Source: Nitrospirota bacterium (GTDB lineage Bacteria; Nitrospirota; Nitrospiria; Nitrospirales; Nitrospiraceae). From it: a stretch of 64,000 nt of DNA. Under the pieces are notes generated by a model. The model worked only from the letters and a program-made list of their open reading frames with translations. It did no database searches and was not told the DNA's origin. The DNA lies in NCBI GenBank assembly GCA_963701855.1, contig CAVPBK010000006.1:640001-704000 (forward strand), written 5' to 3'. The translations under genes were made by a program, and so were the position numbers. Positions 1 through 9,690 of the stretch are shown one piece after another (positions within the stretch are counted from its first letter, which is position 1; each line of letters begins with the position of its first letter).

Positions 1-491
1 GTAATGTATGCGGCGTACTGCGCCATGACAGAGAGGACGCCATAGTCCGACCCGCCGGGCTTGGCCACCAATCGATCGGCCACTTCGGCCTGCAGCATGA
101 GCACCATCCGGGGAAACCGAGCCCGCTGGTCAAGTAATCGAAAGAGCAACGGGGTTGAAATATAGTAGGGAAGATTAGCCACGATGACCGTCCCGATCGG
201 CAGGCGCTCGACCGGATAGGCTAGCGCGTCCTCACAGACCAGCTCCACATTCGAAAGCTCCGTCTGCCTGGTTTCGAGATAGGCATGGAGCTGTGGATCC
301 ACTTCGATCGCCGTCACATGACCGGCTGCGCGGCACAACGCCTCTGTCAGGATGCCACGGCCTGGACCGATTTCCAACACGTGGTCGCTGGGCTCCAGTT
401 CTGCCAACGCGACGATTTTGCGCACAATGTTGGGATCGATCAGAAAGTTTTGGCCGAGCCGTTTGTTCGGCGGAGGGAGGTTAGCCCGCAT
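1..491 (-). CDS. rsmA: 16S rRNA adenine dimethyltransferase RsmA/KsgA (runs off the window edge)
   Basis: Manual translation of the minus strand from ATG at 491: MRANLPPPNKRLGQNFLIDPNIVRKIV...VLEIGPGRG...VVANLPYYIST. These are the KsgA motifs. pdxA lies upstream. Confidence 0.93.
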   Translation of the reverse strand, partial: MRANLPPPNKRLGQNFLIDPNIVRKIVALAELEPSDHVLEIGPGRGILTEALCRAAGHVTAIEVDPQLHAYLETRQTELSNVELVCEDALAYPVERLPIGTVIVANLPYYISTPLLFRLLDQRARFPRMVLMLQAEVADRLVAKPGGSDYGVLSVMAQYAAYI

Positions 492-866
492 AATTCACGA
501 AGGCTTCTACTGCAACCACTGATACGAAATCAGAACTTATTGCGGTATTCATTCTTCGCGCCAGGATCATACAAAGGGCGCTCGACCTCGCAAGCGCGGT
601 GGCGACGCACCTGACGGTGGGCGGGCTCGCCGCTCGGTCGGTCAACATACTGTTTCAAGTATGCCTCCCTCCCTCGTGGGCTCGGCCCAGAAGCCTGCCT
701 CACCCACTCTTACAAGGGGGCCAGCCCCCTTGTAGAATCCCCACGAAGGGGGCACACCCCCTTCGGAACTCCCAGGCGTGGTGTTACCCCGCCTCTCGGC
801 TCCGCGCGCCCGTCTCGCTTGCCGTCTCGGCGGTTTCGCCACGCACCCTCGTGAATAATGCGGGCT
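483..866. mobile_element. MITE-like element with 18-bp terminal inverted repeats and internal hairpins
   Basis: AGCCCGCATAATTCACGA (483-500) and TCGTGAATAATGCGGGCT (849-866) are inverted repeats with 1 mismatch. Internal hairpins: TACAAGGGGG-ccag-CCCCCTTGTA, CGAAGGGGG-caca-CCCCCTTCG, CATACT...AGTATG. No credible ORF. Confidence 0.65.
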
Positions 867-881
867 GAGGATGGACACCGG

Positions 882-1211
882 TCAATTTCCACCGGAAGGA
901 GGCGGAGTGGCTACTCGCGCCAGTTGTTTCGCCAGATCGGTAAGCGGAGCTCTGAAATAGTCGGTGAGGTCGGTAAACTCTTCCACTAAGTCGTTAGTAA
1001 ATGAAGGCCCCGGCTGCAGGGCGGCAAACTTCTGCCCTTCCTTCTGGCCCAGGGATTCGGTGATGAGAGCACTCGTCCTGACTTTCCACTTGGCCATTCG
1101 TTCGGCTCCGGCAACGGTATTGAGCGTCTCCATGGTCTCTTGGAAAATCTGGTCCAACTCCTTCAATTGCTTCTGAAGCATGTCAAGCGCCGTACCCGAT
1201 TGGTTCGTCAT
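882..1211 (-). CDS. Hypothetical protein (109 aa, helical)
   Basis: Clean ORF with GAGGAG RBS upstream, co-oriented with neighbours. Confidence 0.75.
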   Translation of the reverse strand: MTNQSGTALDMLQKQLKELDQIFQETMETLNTVAGAERMAKWKVRTSALITESLGQKEGQKFAALQPGPSFTNDLVEEFTDLTDYFRAPLTDLAKQLARVATPPPSGGN

Positions 1212-1301
1212 CGATAAACTCCTCTTGCATTGGTCTAGCTGGTCTATCTGGTTCGGTCCAAACTAGGAAACCGGACAGACGAGATAGACCAAACAGACCT
1301 C

Positions 1302-2309
1302 TCACCGTCTCTTAGCTAGCTTGGCGGCCAGCGTGATCGCCTCAACCAGACTGCCAGGATCTGCAATGCCCTTCCCCACAATATCAAACGCGGTCCCGTG
1401 ATCGACCGAGGTGCGAATGATCGGCAGACCCACCGTCAGATTTACGCAGGTGCCGAACGCGACAAGCTTTAAGGGAATGAGCCCCTGGTCGTGGTACAGA
1501 GCCACCACACCGTCGTAGTCGCCCCTCGCCGCCTTGCCAAACAGCGTATCAGCCGGCAAGGGATCGCTGGCACGAATACCCTGGGCCTGCGCCGCACGAG
1601 CCGCCGGGAAAATCACTCGCGCCTCTTCGTCCCCAAACAGTCCATGTTCTCCTGCATGAGGGTTCAACGCGGCGACACCGACTCTCGGTTTCTTAATTCC
1701 AAAGAGATCCCTCAACGCCAGATGGGCTAGTCTAATGGCTTTTTCAATCTTGGCCTGGGTGAGGAGTGACGGCAAATCTTTGATCGCGACGTGGGTTGTC
1801 ACAAACATGATTCGGAGCGGCCCGCCGATAATCATCATGCCGGATTCTTGTGTCTTGGTCAGATCTGCCAGCAGTTCCGTATGGCCGGGGAAATGACAGC
1901 CGGCCATATTGATCGCTTCTTTGTTGATCGGCGCAGTGACAATGCCGTCGATACAGCCAAGCTGCGCAAGCTCCACGGCTTTCTTGATAAACAGCACGGA
2001 CGCCGCTCCAGTTTCAGGTGCCGCGACTCCTCGTGGGAATCGCCCAAGGGAGTGATCGAGCGGGTCCAGCACAGCGAGGCGATTCGGTTGTGGAGGCGCT
2101 GTTTCATGACCCTCCATGCGAATTACGTTCATCTTAAGTTTCAAGCTCTTGACCGTCTGCTGCATGACCGGAAACGAGCCGATGACAATTGGACGACACA
2201 GGCGCCGCAACGCTTTTCCTGCCAAAGCCTTCGCAATCACCTCCGGGCCGATCCCCGCAGGATCTCCCATGGTGATTCCAAGAAGCGGTTTGGCTTTCAT
2301 CCTCGTCAT
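1302..2309 (-). CDS. pdxA: 4-hydroxythreonine-4-phosphate dehydrogenase
   Basis: GITMGDPAGIGPE, GHTELLA, LNPHAGE, YHDQGL, RTSVDHGTAFDI motifs. Start is approximate. Confidence 0.95.
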   Translation of the reverse strand: MTRMKAKPLLGITMGDPAGIGPEVIAKALAGKALRRLCRPIVIGSFPVMQQTVKSLKLKMNVIRMEGHETAPPQPNRLAVLDPLDHSLGRFPRGVAAPETGAASVLFIKKAVELAQLGCIDGIVTAPINKEAINMAGCHFPGHTELLADLTKTQESGMMIIGGPLRIMFVTTHVAIKDLPSLLTQAKIEKAIRLAHLALRDLFGIKKPRVGVAALNPHAGEHGLFGDEEARVIFPAARAAQAQGIRASDPLPADTLFGKAARGDYDGVVALYHDQGLIPLKLVAFGTCVNLTVGLPIIRTSVDHGTAFDIVGKGIADPGSLVEAITLAAKLAKRR

Positions 2310-2341
2310 GTTCTTCTCAGCACTCAGCACCCATCACTTCC

Positions 2342-3346
2342 TTAGGCCCAATACAAATACACCACATACCCTATATAAAGGATGGCGCTCCCGCTCAGCA
2401 ACCAAGGCCGCCAGAGAGCACCCCACGCAGCCTGCGCCAACAAGAAGGTAGCCGCGGCTATAGCGAGCACCATAGTCATCAATGCCGTCGGCGCCAACGT
2501 CCAGTCCGTGCCCAGGAGCCCGATCGAGACTGGGATTGTACCCTGAAAGACGATCGCGCCGGTGACATTCCCTATCGCCAGCCGATCTTTCTTTCGGTAG
2601 AGCCAGAGAAAACTGTTCGACATCTCAGGCAACTCGGTCGCGAGGGGCGCGATGAGGAGGGCCAGGATTAATGGAGAAATCGACAAAGCGCTCGAAATCG
2701 TTTCTGCAGCGAGCACGAAGAGGTGCGCTCCGAGCGCGAGACCAGCCAAGCCAAGGATTGCTTGAAGACCGATGAGCCCAAACGACGGGGTTGCCGCCTT
2801 TCTGGCAAAGAGCAGCGGCTCAAGCCCGCCCTCGCTCCCCTCCTCATCAGTTTCACTGAACTTCAGTTTGACGTAATAGAGGTAGAGGCCTATCAACCCG
2901 ATTGCGGCGACGATATGCACCGATCGAGACGGGACATACGCACAGGCCAGCGCGAGGCTGTACGCCGCCACAAAGAAAAAAAGATCGCCTCTTACAGCGC
3001 GATAGTTTACTCGGAAAGCCGCGATTCGCTTCCCCAATCCGGCATAGACCATCAACAATATGGCCAAGACGGGAATCACCAGGGTGGTCAACATGAAGGG
3101 GGCACCGAGGATCGCGCCCAACCCCACCTCCACTTCGGCACGGCTGGCTCCGAAGAAAATGGCAATCACGGGAATCGATGTTTCGGGAAGTGTGGTGCCG
3201 ATGGCGGCCAACACGCCGCCGACCGCGCCTTCTGACAGATTGAATCGCTTGCCCAACCACTCGATGGCGTTTGTAAATAACGTGCAGGCGCCCAGCGTCA
3301 CCACGACAGAAACGAGGAAGAGGAGGGTATAGAGTAGGACCGTCAT
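2342..3346 (-). CDS. Ca2+/cation antiporter (CaCA family)
   Basis: Two alpha-repeats (AIGTTLPE; PLATELPE) and many transmembrane segments. Confidence 0.85.
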   Translation of the reverse strand: MTVLLYTLLFLVSVVVTLGACTLFTNAIEWLGKRFNLSEGAVGGVLAAIGTTLPETSIPVIAIFFGASRAEVEVGLGAILGAPFMLTTLVIPVLAILLMVYAGLGKRIAAFRVNYRAVRGDLFFFVAAYSLALACAYVPSRSVHIVAAIGLIGLYLYYVKLKFSETDEEGSEGGLEPLLFARKAATPSFGLIGLQAILGLAGLALGAHLFVLAAETISSALSISPLILALLIAPLATELPEMSNSFLWLYRKKDRLAIGNVTGAIVFQGTIPVSIGLLGTDWTLAPTALMTMVLAIAAATFLLAQAAWGALWRPWLLSGSAILYIGYVVYLYWA

Positions 3347-4548
3347 CCCCGGCTCGTCGGCCTAGTGACCCGCTGTTTGGCATAGGCAAGAGCCGCATCT
3401 TCGAGCACCTCTTTTACGGGACGGCCTGTCCGTTCGGCTATCCGCTTGCAATCGAGATATTCCGGAGCCGCTTTAGTTGTCGCATCGTTCACAACGGCGA
3501 CCTTCATCCGAACAACGCCCCCGCGCACCTTTACCGAGACAAACTGCCGAGGAAGGATCTGTCGCATGACCTCACGAATCCGGACTCCTAACGTTGTCGT
3601 TTCCTGAAATAATACGTCAAGAATCCGATCCCGCTGCGCCGGAGCAGCAAGACAGGACAGAACAATGCCGGGCCGTCCACGTTTCATGATGACCGGCGCC
3701 AGTGTCACATCGAGCGCCCCGCGCGCGAATAGCTGTTCGATCACATACTCATATGTTTGCGGGTTCACATCGTCGAGATTCGTTTCAAGCTGCAGCACGG
3801 TATCCTGTTCACGCACGCCTCGGGATGACGGCCGCGAGAGAAACACACGCAAGGCATTCGGCCAGCCGTCGGGGTCGGCATCGCCCGCTCCATAGCCAAT
3901 GGCTGTCGGTGTCATCACCGGCATGGGACCGAACTCCGATGTCAGCGTGCGCAACAGCGCCATGCCGGTCGGCGTGGTGAGTTCACGGGAAGGGCCGGCA
4001 CTATACACCGGAATCCCTTTCGCCAATATGGCGACCGCCGGGCCAGGCACCGGCAAGATCCCGTGAGCGGATTGCAGCGTCCCCGTTCCGACATTGACCG
4101 GGGAAGACGTCACGCGCGTCACGCCCAACAGGTCGCAGCAGATCAGCCCACCGACGATATCGACAAACGAGTCCAGAACCCCCACTTCATGAAAATGGAC
4201 GTGATCTTTGGCCACGCGATGGGCATGCCCTTCCGCTTCGGCCAACTGATCGAATACCGATCGGCTTTGTTCTTTGATCTTGTCGGGAATTCGACTCGCG
4301 GAGAGGATGGAATGTATCCGATGAAGCGAGAGAGGCTTGCGCAATCCCGACGTGATCACGACATCCACTTTCGTAGCGTGAATCGCCCCTCGATGCACCC
4401 GCCGCCTCTGCAGCGTAAACCCTGAAAGCCTGAGCTGTTTCAGCCCCCTCACCAAGTCGGAAAACGGGACGCCCACATCCACGAGCGCGCCGAGAGTCAT
4501 GTCGCCGCTGATTCCGGAATAACAATCGAAATGGAGATGCGCGCCCAC
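3343..4548 (-). CDS. larC: Nickel pincer cofactor nickel-insertion protein LarC
   Basis: DCYSGISGDM, VHFHEVG, ELTTPTG, GYGAG, LETNLDD, MKRGRPG, PEY motifs. GTG start at 4548. Confidence 0.92.
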   Translation of the reverse strand: MGAHLHFDCYSGISGDMTLGALVDVGVPFSDLVRGLKQLRLSGFTLQRRRVHRGAIHATKVDVVITSGLRKPLSLHRIHSILSASRIPDKIKEQSRSVFDQLAEAEGHAHRVAKDHVHFHEVGVLDSFVDIVGGLICCDLLGVTRVTSSPVNVGTGTLQSAHGILPVPGPAVAILAKGIPVYSAGPSRELTTPTGMALLRTLTSEFGPMPVMTPTAIGYGAGDADPDGWPNALRVFLSRPSSRGVREQDTVLQLETNLDDVNPQTYEYVIEQLFARGALDVTLAPVIMKRGRPGIVLSCLAAPAQRDRILDVLFQETTTLGVRIREVMRQILPRQFVSVKVRGGVVRMKVAVVNDATTKAAPEYLDCKRIAERTGRPVKEVLEDAALAYAKQRVTRPTSRG

Positions 4549-4824
4549 GTGTGTCCTTTCCTTACTCAAGTCAAACCGCGCCCATCTTACCCAAGCCACC
4601 TGCGAACGGCAATCGGCTCAGAAGCGAGTGGTGCGCGAGGAGTCGTGCCTCGAACCGTGACGTGTGAGCCCGGACTCCATTCCAGTACGCTCCTTTTCCC
4701 GCCAGTCCCGCCCGTCTCGCCGGCTCGGAACATTGACAGCCTACCGACGCTATGTTATCCCCACTGCACTTGCCCACTGATTGGGCTCCCATCACAAAGC
4801 CAGGATGAAAATGCCCATAGCCCT

Positions 4825-5376
4825 ATGACAATTTGCCGGTCCCTGATTACGCCCTGTTCAGAGTTATTCAGATCATCGAGTGGTCGGGTTGTCTGGGTGC
4901 TGTTCTGCGTCGCGATCTTACTCTGGACCCCGCTTGACGTCTCGGCAAAATCGAAGCCTCACCGAGCCCCACGCCCCGAACCGGAGCTCAAGATTCTCGA
5001 CCTGAAGATCTTGCCCAATCCCTACACAATCTCATCGGGACCATTGCAGTTTTCTGCTTTGGTTCAACTGCCCAAGGAGCTGAATGGCTCAACCCTGCTG
5101 GAATTTTCCTCATTCATTACATCGCCGTCGAAAAACTCGCTCCGTTTCCTGACCACCCGTACCGCACTGGAGCCGCATCAGGCTTCGACCACCGGCGCCG
5201 CCCCTCCACAGGTCTCTGTCCTCCTGACGTGGGACGGATTGGACCAGAAAAAAATCCCGTCGGTGGCAGGTCTTTATCAATTTGAAGTGCGGGCCAAGTT
5301 ACTAGCGAACGGCGAAAAGGGACCCAGGACGCAGATGAATGCCTGGCCAAAACGCGGAACGATAGAAGTGAAATAA
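4825..5376 (+). CDS. Secreted hypothetical protein (Ig-like, FlgD-like WDG motif)
   Basis: Signal-like hydrophobic stretch, PNPY and LTWDG motifs. Start is uncertain. Confidence 0.65.
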   Translation: MTICRSLITPCSELFRSSSGRVVWVLFCVAILLWTPLDVSAKSKPHRAPRPEPELKILDLKILPNPYTISSGPLQFSALVQLPKELNGSTLLEFSSFITSPSKNSLRFLTTRTALEPHQASTTGAAPPQVSVLLTWDGLDQKKIPSVAGLYQFEVRAKLLANGEKGPRTQMNAWPKRGTIEVK

Positions 5377-5444
5377 ACCGCGGCGGAACGCGCGAGACAG
5401 GCGCGACTGGCGGGAGAAATCATATCTGTCACTCCTTCAGCATC

Positions 5445-6233
5445 TCACCTTTCGCGCTTTTCCCGCTGGTCTCGCCCTTCGCGCGCCTCGCCTAAGAGGT
5501 TGATCCGGTGCGCAAGACAACCCGCCCCGAATCCATTGTCGATGTTCATCACGCCGACCCCCGCCGCGCAAGAGTTCAGCATCGTCAACAACGCAGCAAG
5601 TCCACCGAAGCTTGCGCCGTAACCACGGCTCGTCGGTACGGCAACGACAGGACAGGGAACCAACCCGCCGACCACGCTTGGTAAAACCCCGTCCATCCCT
5701 GCTACTACCACGACCACCCGAGCTTGCATCAGCCGGCTTTGACGCTCCAGCAACCGATGAATACCAGCCACGCCCACGTCATAGAGCGTCTCAACCCGAC
5801 TCCCCATTACCTCCGCCGACACTCTCGCTTCTTCCGCGACAGGAATATCCGAGGTGCCGGCTGTAATCACTAAGATATGGCCCTGCAGTAACCGCTTGGG
5901 ATCACGGATCGACACGATGCGCGCCTCGTCATGATAGACCGCTCGACGGTCAAGCCGCTTGATGAGCGTAGCCACTTGGCGAGTCGCTCGCGTCGCCAAC
6001 AACGGGCGATGATGTTTCAACAACGCCTTCGCAATAGCGCGAATCTGGACCGGCGTCTTCCCCTCGCAGAAAATGACCTCGGGGAACCCCTGCCGCAGCG
6101 ACCGGTGGTGATCGACTGAGGCAAATCCAAGATCTTCATAGGGCAAAGTGCGAAGCTGTTCAATAGCCGCCGCCACGGGCAGAATACCCGTTTTCACCTC
6201 AGTCAGCAGTCGTTCAAGCGCCTCAGGATTCAT
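5445..6233 (-). CDS. larB: Nickel pincer cofactor carboxylase/hydrolase LarB
   Basis: GFPEVIFCEGKT, AGTSDIPVAEEA, DVGVAGIHRL, AGMDGVLPSVV, NIDNGFGA motifs. ATGA overlap with gpsA stop. Confidence 0.93.
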   Translation of the reverse strand: MNPEALERLLTEVKTGILPVAAAIEQLRTLPYEDLGFASVDHHRSLRQGFPEVIFCEGKTPVQIRAIAKALLKHHRPLLATRATRQVATLIKRLDRRAVYHDEARIVSIRDPKRLLQGHILVITAGTSDIPVAEEARVSAEVMGSRVETLYDVGVAGIHRLLERQSRLMQARVVVVVAGMDGVLPSVVGGLVPCPVVAVPTSRGYGASFGGLAALLTMLNSCAAGVGVMNIDNGFGAGCLAHRINLLGEAREGRDQREKRER

Positions 6234-7249
6234 GGCTGTCCTTTCTCCGGCTTTGCGTCGCGCTCCATCAGATCGGTCACCGCCTTGCGGCATGACTTCC
6301 CTTCGAACAAGACCGCGTTAATCTCTTGCACGATCGGCATGTCGACATGATGACGTCGCGCGAGTCCTAACGCCGCCTTCGCCGTCCGCACACCTTCCGC
6401 CACCGCCTGCATGTTGGCGAGAATCGCCTCCAGCCGCTCGCCTTTCCCCAGTCGAACACCGACCGTATGATTTCGGCTCAAGGCTCCGGTGCAGGTCAAC
6501 ACCAAATCGCCGACGCCGGATAACCCGTAGAACGTTCGCGGATCTGCGCCCATAGCGACGCCCAGCCGCACCATTTCCGCTAATCCTCTCGTGATCAACG
6601 CGGCCCGCGCATTATGACCGAGATCTAATCCGTCCACCACGCCGGCTGCAAGCGCCATCACATTCTTGAGCGCGCCGCCGAGCTGGACACCCAGCATATC
6701 GCTGTCGGCGTACACGCGAAGGGCCGGCGTCATCAACGAAGCCTGGAATGTCTTGACCAGTCCCTGGTTGTTTCCGGCTAAACAAAGCACTGCCGGTTTC
6801 CCTGCGCTGACTTCTGTCGCGAAGCTCGGACCGGACAACACCAGGAGATCCTGGTGCATGGCAGGAGGAAGGACATCGGTCATCACCTGAGTCATCAAAT
6901 TCAACGTATCTTCTTCAACTCCCTTCGTTGCGCTGATGAACGGGATTGGGGTGGAAAGGGATCGGACCAGCTCGCGCAGCACAGAACGCGCAACGTGGGA
7001 CGGCACCACGAAGAGCAGTCCCTCGCTCCGCTCGGTGAGATCTACCAACGATCCAGTAGCCACAAGCGATGGGGGAAGCGCGACACCAGGCAGAAAGACC
7101 GAGTTTTCGTGTTTCCCGTTGATCGCATCCACGACCTCTCGTTCATAGGCCCAGAGCCGAGTTTCGAGACCTTTCTCCGCAAGATGTTTCGCCAGAGCCG
7201 TGCCCCAGGCTCCGGCCCCGATAACTCCTATACGACGGATGGATGACAT
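6230..7249 (-). CDS. gpsA: NAD(P)H-dependent glycerol-3-phosphate dehydrogenase
   Basis: GAGAWGTALA, SGPSFA, GGALKNV, GDLVLTC, SRN motifs. Confidence 0.96.
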   Translation of the reverse strand: MSSIRRIGVIGAGAWGTALAKHLAEKGLETRLWAYEREVVDAINGKHENSVFLPGVALPPSLVATGSLVDLTERSEGLLFVVPSHVARSVLRELVRSLSTPIPFISATKGVEEDTLNLMTQVMTDVLPPAMHQDLLVLSGPSFATEVSAGKPAVLCLAGNNQGLVKTFQASLMTPALRVYADSDMLGVQLGGALKNVMALAAGVVDGLDLGHNARAALITRGLAEMVRLGVAMGADPRTFYGLSGVGDLVLTCTGALSRNHTVGVRLGKGERLEAILANMQAVAEGVRTAKAALGLARRHHVDMPIVQEINAVLFEGKSCRKAVTDLMERDAKPEKGQP

Positions 7250-7418
7250 GATTAATAAAATGCTTTTGATGGAAGGGTTGACATCAACAAGGGTTGTGAG
7301 CCCCGCGGATTATAGGAACCGGTTCTTTCACCTGTCAATGAATGAGAGACGGTCTTCGAAATTTGTCAAGTCGAGCCAGATTCCACAGCCCTGCCAAAAC
7401 AGGGTCGTAGGGCTGAAG

Positions 7419-7434
7419 TGGCACATGCCTTGCT
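7419..7434 (+). promoter_or_regulatory. Sigma-54 (-24/-12) promoter
   Basis: TGGCACATGCCTTGCT matches TGGCAC-N5-TTGC exactly, ~100 bp upstream of the OMP gene. Confidence 0.75.
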
Positions 7435-7531
7435 CCTTCTTTGTATGATTTCACATTTTTCTTCGTTCAGATGCATCAGACGACTAGTATGAAAGCGTGC
7501 GTGGTTACAGGTGAACGTGAGGGAGAAGGCC

Positions 7532-8233
7532 ATGAAAACCACACGATTGGCAAAGCGTTTCGTGATCGCGGGCCTACTAGCGCTGCTGATCCCGATTGTT
7601 CTCTTTGCGCCTCAGGCGTATGCAGAATCCTACGTGGCCGGGCAGTTCGGCGTGACCCTCCCGCAGAGCCTGAGCAACGGTACGATCACGCAAGATGGAT
7701 TTGGGGGACTCGATATTTCAGACCAGCCCTTAAAAAGCTCCGCGATGGTGGGTGCCAAGATCGGACACTACTTCACGAAAGCCCGTTGGCTGGGCATCGA
7801 GACCGGTGTGTCCTACACAACCCCTCATATCGAACAAGGGTCGCTTACTTTTTCGGGCCCTGGTGGGTCGTTAACATCCCCAAATTTAACGGGCATTCAC
7901 CAACGCATAATTACATGGGACACGGATGTAATTTTTCGCTATCCAGGCTACCGGCTCCAGCCCTATATCGGAATCGGCCCCTCTTTTTACTTTGCAGAGC
8001 TAAAGGGCCCCGACGCACCTCCAGGACAATCGGCCGCCTCAATCGGCTTCAACGCCGAAGGAGGTATACAATACTACCTCACGCGTCAATGGACCCTGTT
8101 CGGGGAAGGCAAATACAACTATGCCCGCATGAACTATTCCTCAAATCATAGCGATCCGAACGCTGACCCATTCGGATTCCGAGCGACCTACAGTGCCTTC
8201 ATCCTCTCCATCGGCATTGGCTATCATTTCTAA
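7532..8233 (+). CDS. Outer-membrane beta-barrel protein (OmpA/OmpW-like)
   Basis: Signal peptide ending AYA-ESYVAGQ, amphipathic beta strands, PYIGIG, terminal GYHF. Confidence 0.85.
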   Translation: MKTTRLAKRFVIAGLLALLIPIVLFAPQAYAESYVAGQFGVTLPQSLSNGTITQDGFGGLDISDQPLKSSAMVGAKIGHYFTKARWLGIETGVSYTTPHIEQGSLTFSGPGGSLTSPNLTGIHQRIITWDTDVIFRYPGYRLQPYIGIGPSFYFAELKGPDAPPGQSAASIGFNAEGGIQYYLTRQWTLFGEGKYNYARMNYSSNHSDPNADPFGFRATYSAFILSIGIGYHF

Positions 8234-8308
8234 GTATTGGGTCATTCTAATCCCACCCCCATCTAGTAAACCAACGTGGTTCCGTGTAGCCTAGGCACGG
8301 AACCGCCC

Positions 8309-8683
8309 ATGAAACTTTGCCCATCATGTCGACAGGAACTCCCGGAGATTAGCCGTTACTGCTCGAAATGCGGCCAACGGCTTCATGCAGATCACGTTGA
8401 CGTTTCTCCGCCGCCGCCAGCACCACCAAGTGCGACAGCTGGACCAGGACAGCTCAACGTTGAATTTCTCTATGGCATGGTTGCGATGCTGTCCCTCGCG
8501 ATCCTCTTCCCACCCTGGGAAACCCCGCAGTCACAGGCTCCCGAATTCCTCGGCCTGCATTTCATCTTTTCGCCCCCTACACCAGATGCCATCGTGAGCC
8601 GACTGCTACTGACGATCGAACTCGTCACCATCGCGATCGCCGGGCTTTATGGATCGTTCTTCTTCCGGCAAAAAAAACCCTGA
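8309..8683 (+). CDS. Zinc-ribbon membrane protein
   Basis: CPSC...YCSKCG followed by two hydrophobic helices. Confidence 0.75.
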   Translation: MKLCPSCRQELPEISRYCSKCGQRLHADHVDVSPPPPAPPSATAGPGQLNVEFLYGMVAMLSLAILFPPWETPQSQAPEFLGLHFIFSPPTPDAIVSRLLLTIELVTIAIAGLYGSFFFRQKKP

Positions 8684-8685
8684 GC

Positions 8686-8809
8686 ACGATGCTGAAAAAG
8701 CCCGCCAGCGGCGTTCTCAGTCGCTCGTCTCCCTGCAACGTACCGCAAGGGTACGCTTCGGTTGCCGAACTCCCTGCGGCCTTGCTGGACAGGCTTTTTG
8801 AGCATCCTG
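8686..8809. repeat. Family A intergenic inverted-repeat element
   Basis: Ends CACGATGCTGAAAAAG / CTTTTTGAGCATCCTG; internal GTACC..GGTAC hairpin and GCGGCCTTGCTGG core. Confidence 0.85.
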
Positions 8810-8889
8810 TACAGAATTGTTCCGATGCCTGCTAACGGATCATTGGTCGGTGAAAAGGTGGTGAAGCAGTCCTCGACCAGCGACTCTGC

Positions 8890-9690
8890 TCAGTCCAACG
8901 CCAATGTCAGACACTTCGCCGAGCCGCCCGATTTCATGAATTCATCGAGCGGGACTGGATGGGGAAGATAACCGCGTGAGGTCAACAGGGATTCTGTTTC
9001 CGGACATCCTGCGGGCAGCACGACGTGTTTCCCGACACAGACGGCGTTGCAGGCAAACCTGAGAGCCTCTGTTTCCAGCACCACGAGACGCCTGGAAGGA
9101 TCGATCCGTTCGGCAAGAACCTTTTGCCCATAGTGATCGAAGGCGGGAGGGAAATATAGGAGTTCACCTCCGCTCAGGGGGCACAAGCAGGTATCGAGGT
9201 GATAGAACCGGTTGTCGATCAGTTCGAGCGGAATGATCTCTCGGTGAAACCAGTCGCTGAGCGTCGGGAACACACGGATATCCGACCGTTGCCGATAGCC
9301 ACCGAACCAGGTGTCAGGGAATCCCAAGAGATCCCCGGCCCCCTCGAAGAAGCAGCCTGGATCCAGCGTGACGACTTCATACCCCTGGCCGCGAAACCAG
9401 TTCTCAAAGTACGCCTCTTCCTTCTGCCGTTCGACATAGCGAAAACGGCTCGGCACCGCTTTGCCTCCAACAACGATGCCGGCATTCGCCGTGAACACGA
9501 GGTCGGGCAGCCCCGGCACCGGCTTCATCCGTTCCAGGACCGCGCCCACGTCCTGTTCGAGCACCTGCATGAGGTGATGCCACTGGCGGATGGCCTCATC
9601 TGAATTGACGGCATTCGAACGGCGCATCCATGGATTAATCTCGTATTCGATACCGAAATAATCCGGTGGGCAGACCAGCAGACGACTCAT
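8890..9690 (-). CDS. Amidinotransferase-fold protein resembling the arginine dihydrolase domain of ArgZ/AgrE
   Basis: YEINPWM, PDLVFTAN, FEGAGD, FYHLDT, GGSAKCLT motifs of the guanidino-group-modifying superfamily. ATGA overlap with the upstream gene. Confidence 0.85.
   Translation of the reverse strand: MSRLLVCPPDYFGIEYEINPWMRRSNAVNSDEAIRQWHHLMQVLEQDVGAVLERMKPVPGLPDLVFTANAGIVVGGKAVPSRFRYVERQKEEAYFENWFRGQGYEVVTLDPGCFFEGAGDLLGFPDTWFGGYRQRSDIRVFPTLSDWFHREIIPLELIDNRFYHLDTCLCPLSGGELLYFPPAFDHYGQKVLAERIDPSRRLVVLETEALRFACNAVCVGKHVVLPAGCPETESLLTSRGYLPHPVPLDEFMKSGGSAKCLTLALD

Noticed and set aside
285..892. Small ORFs called between 285 and 892
   Set aside because: They overlap rsmA on the opposite strand or lie in the hairpin-rich element.
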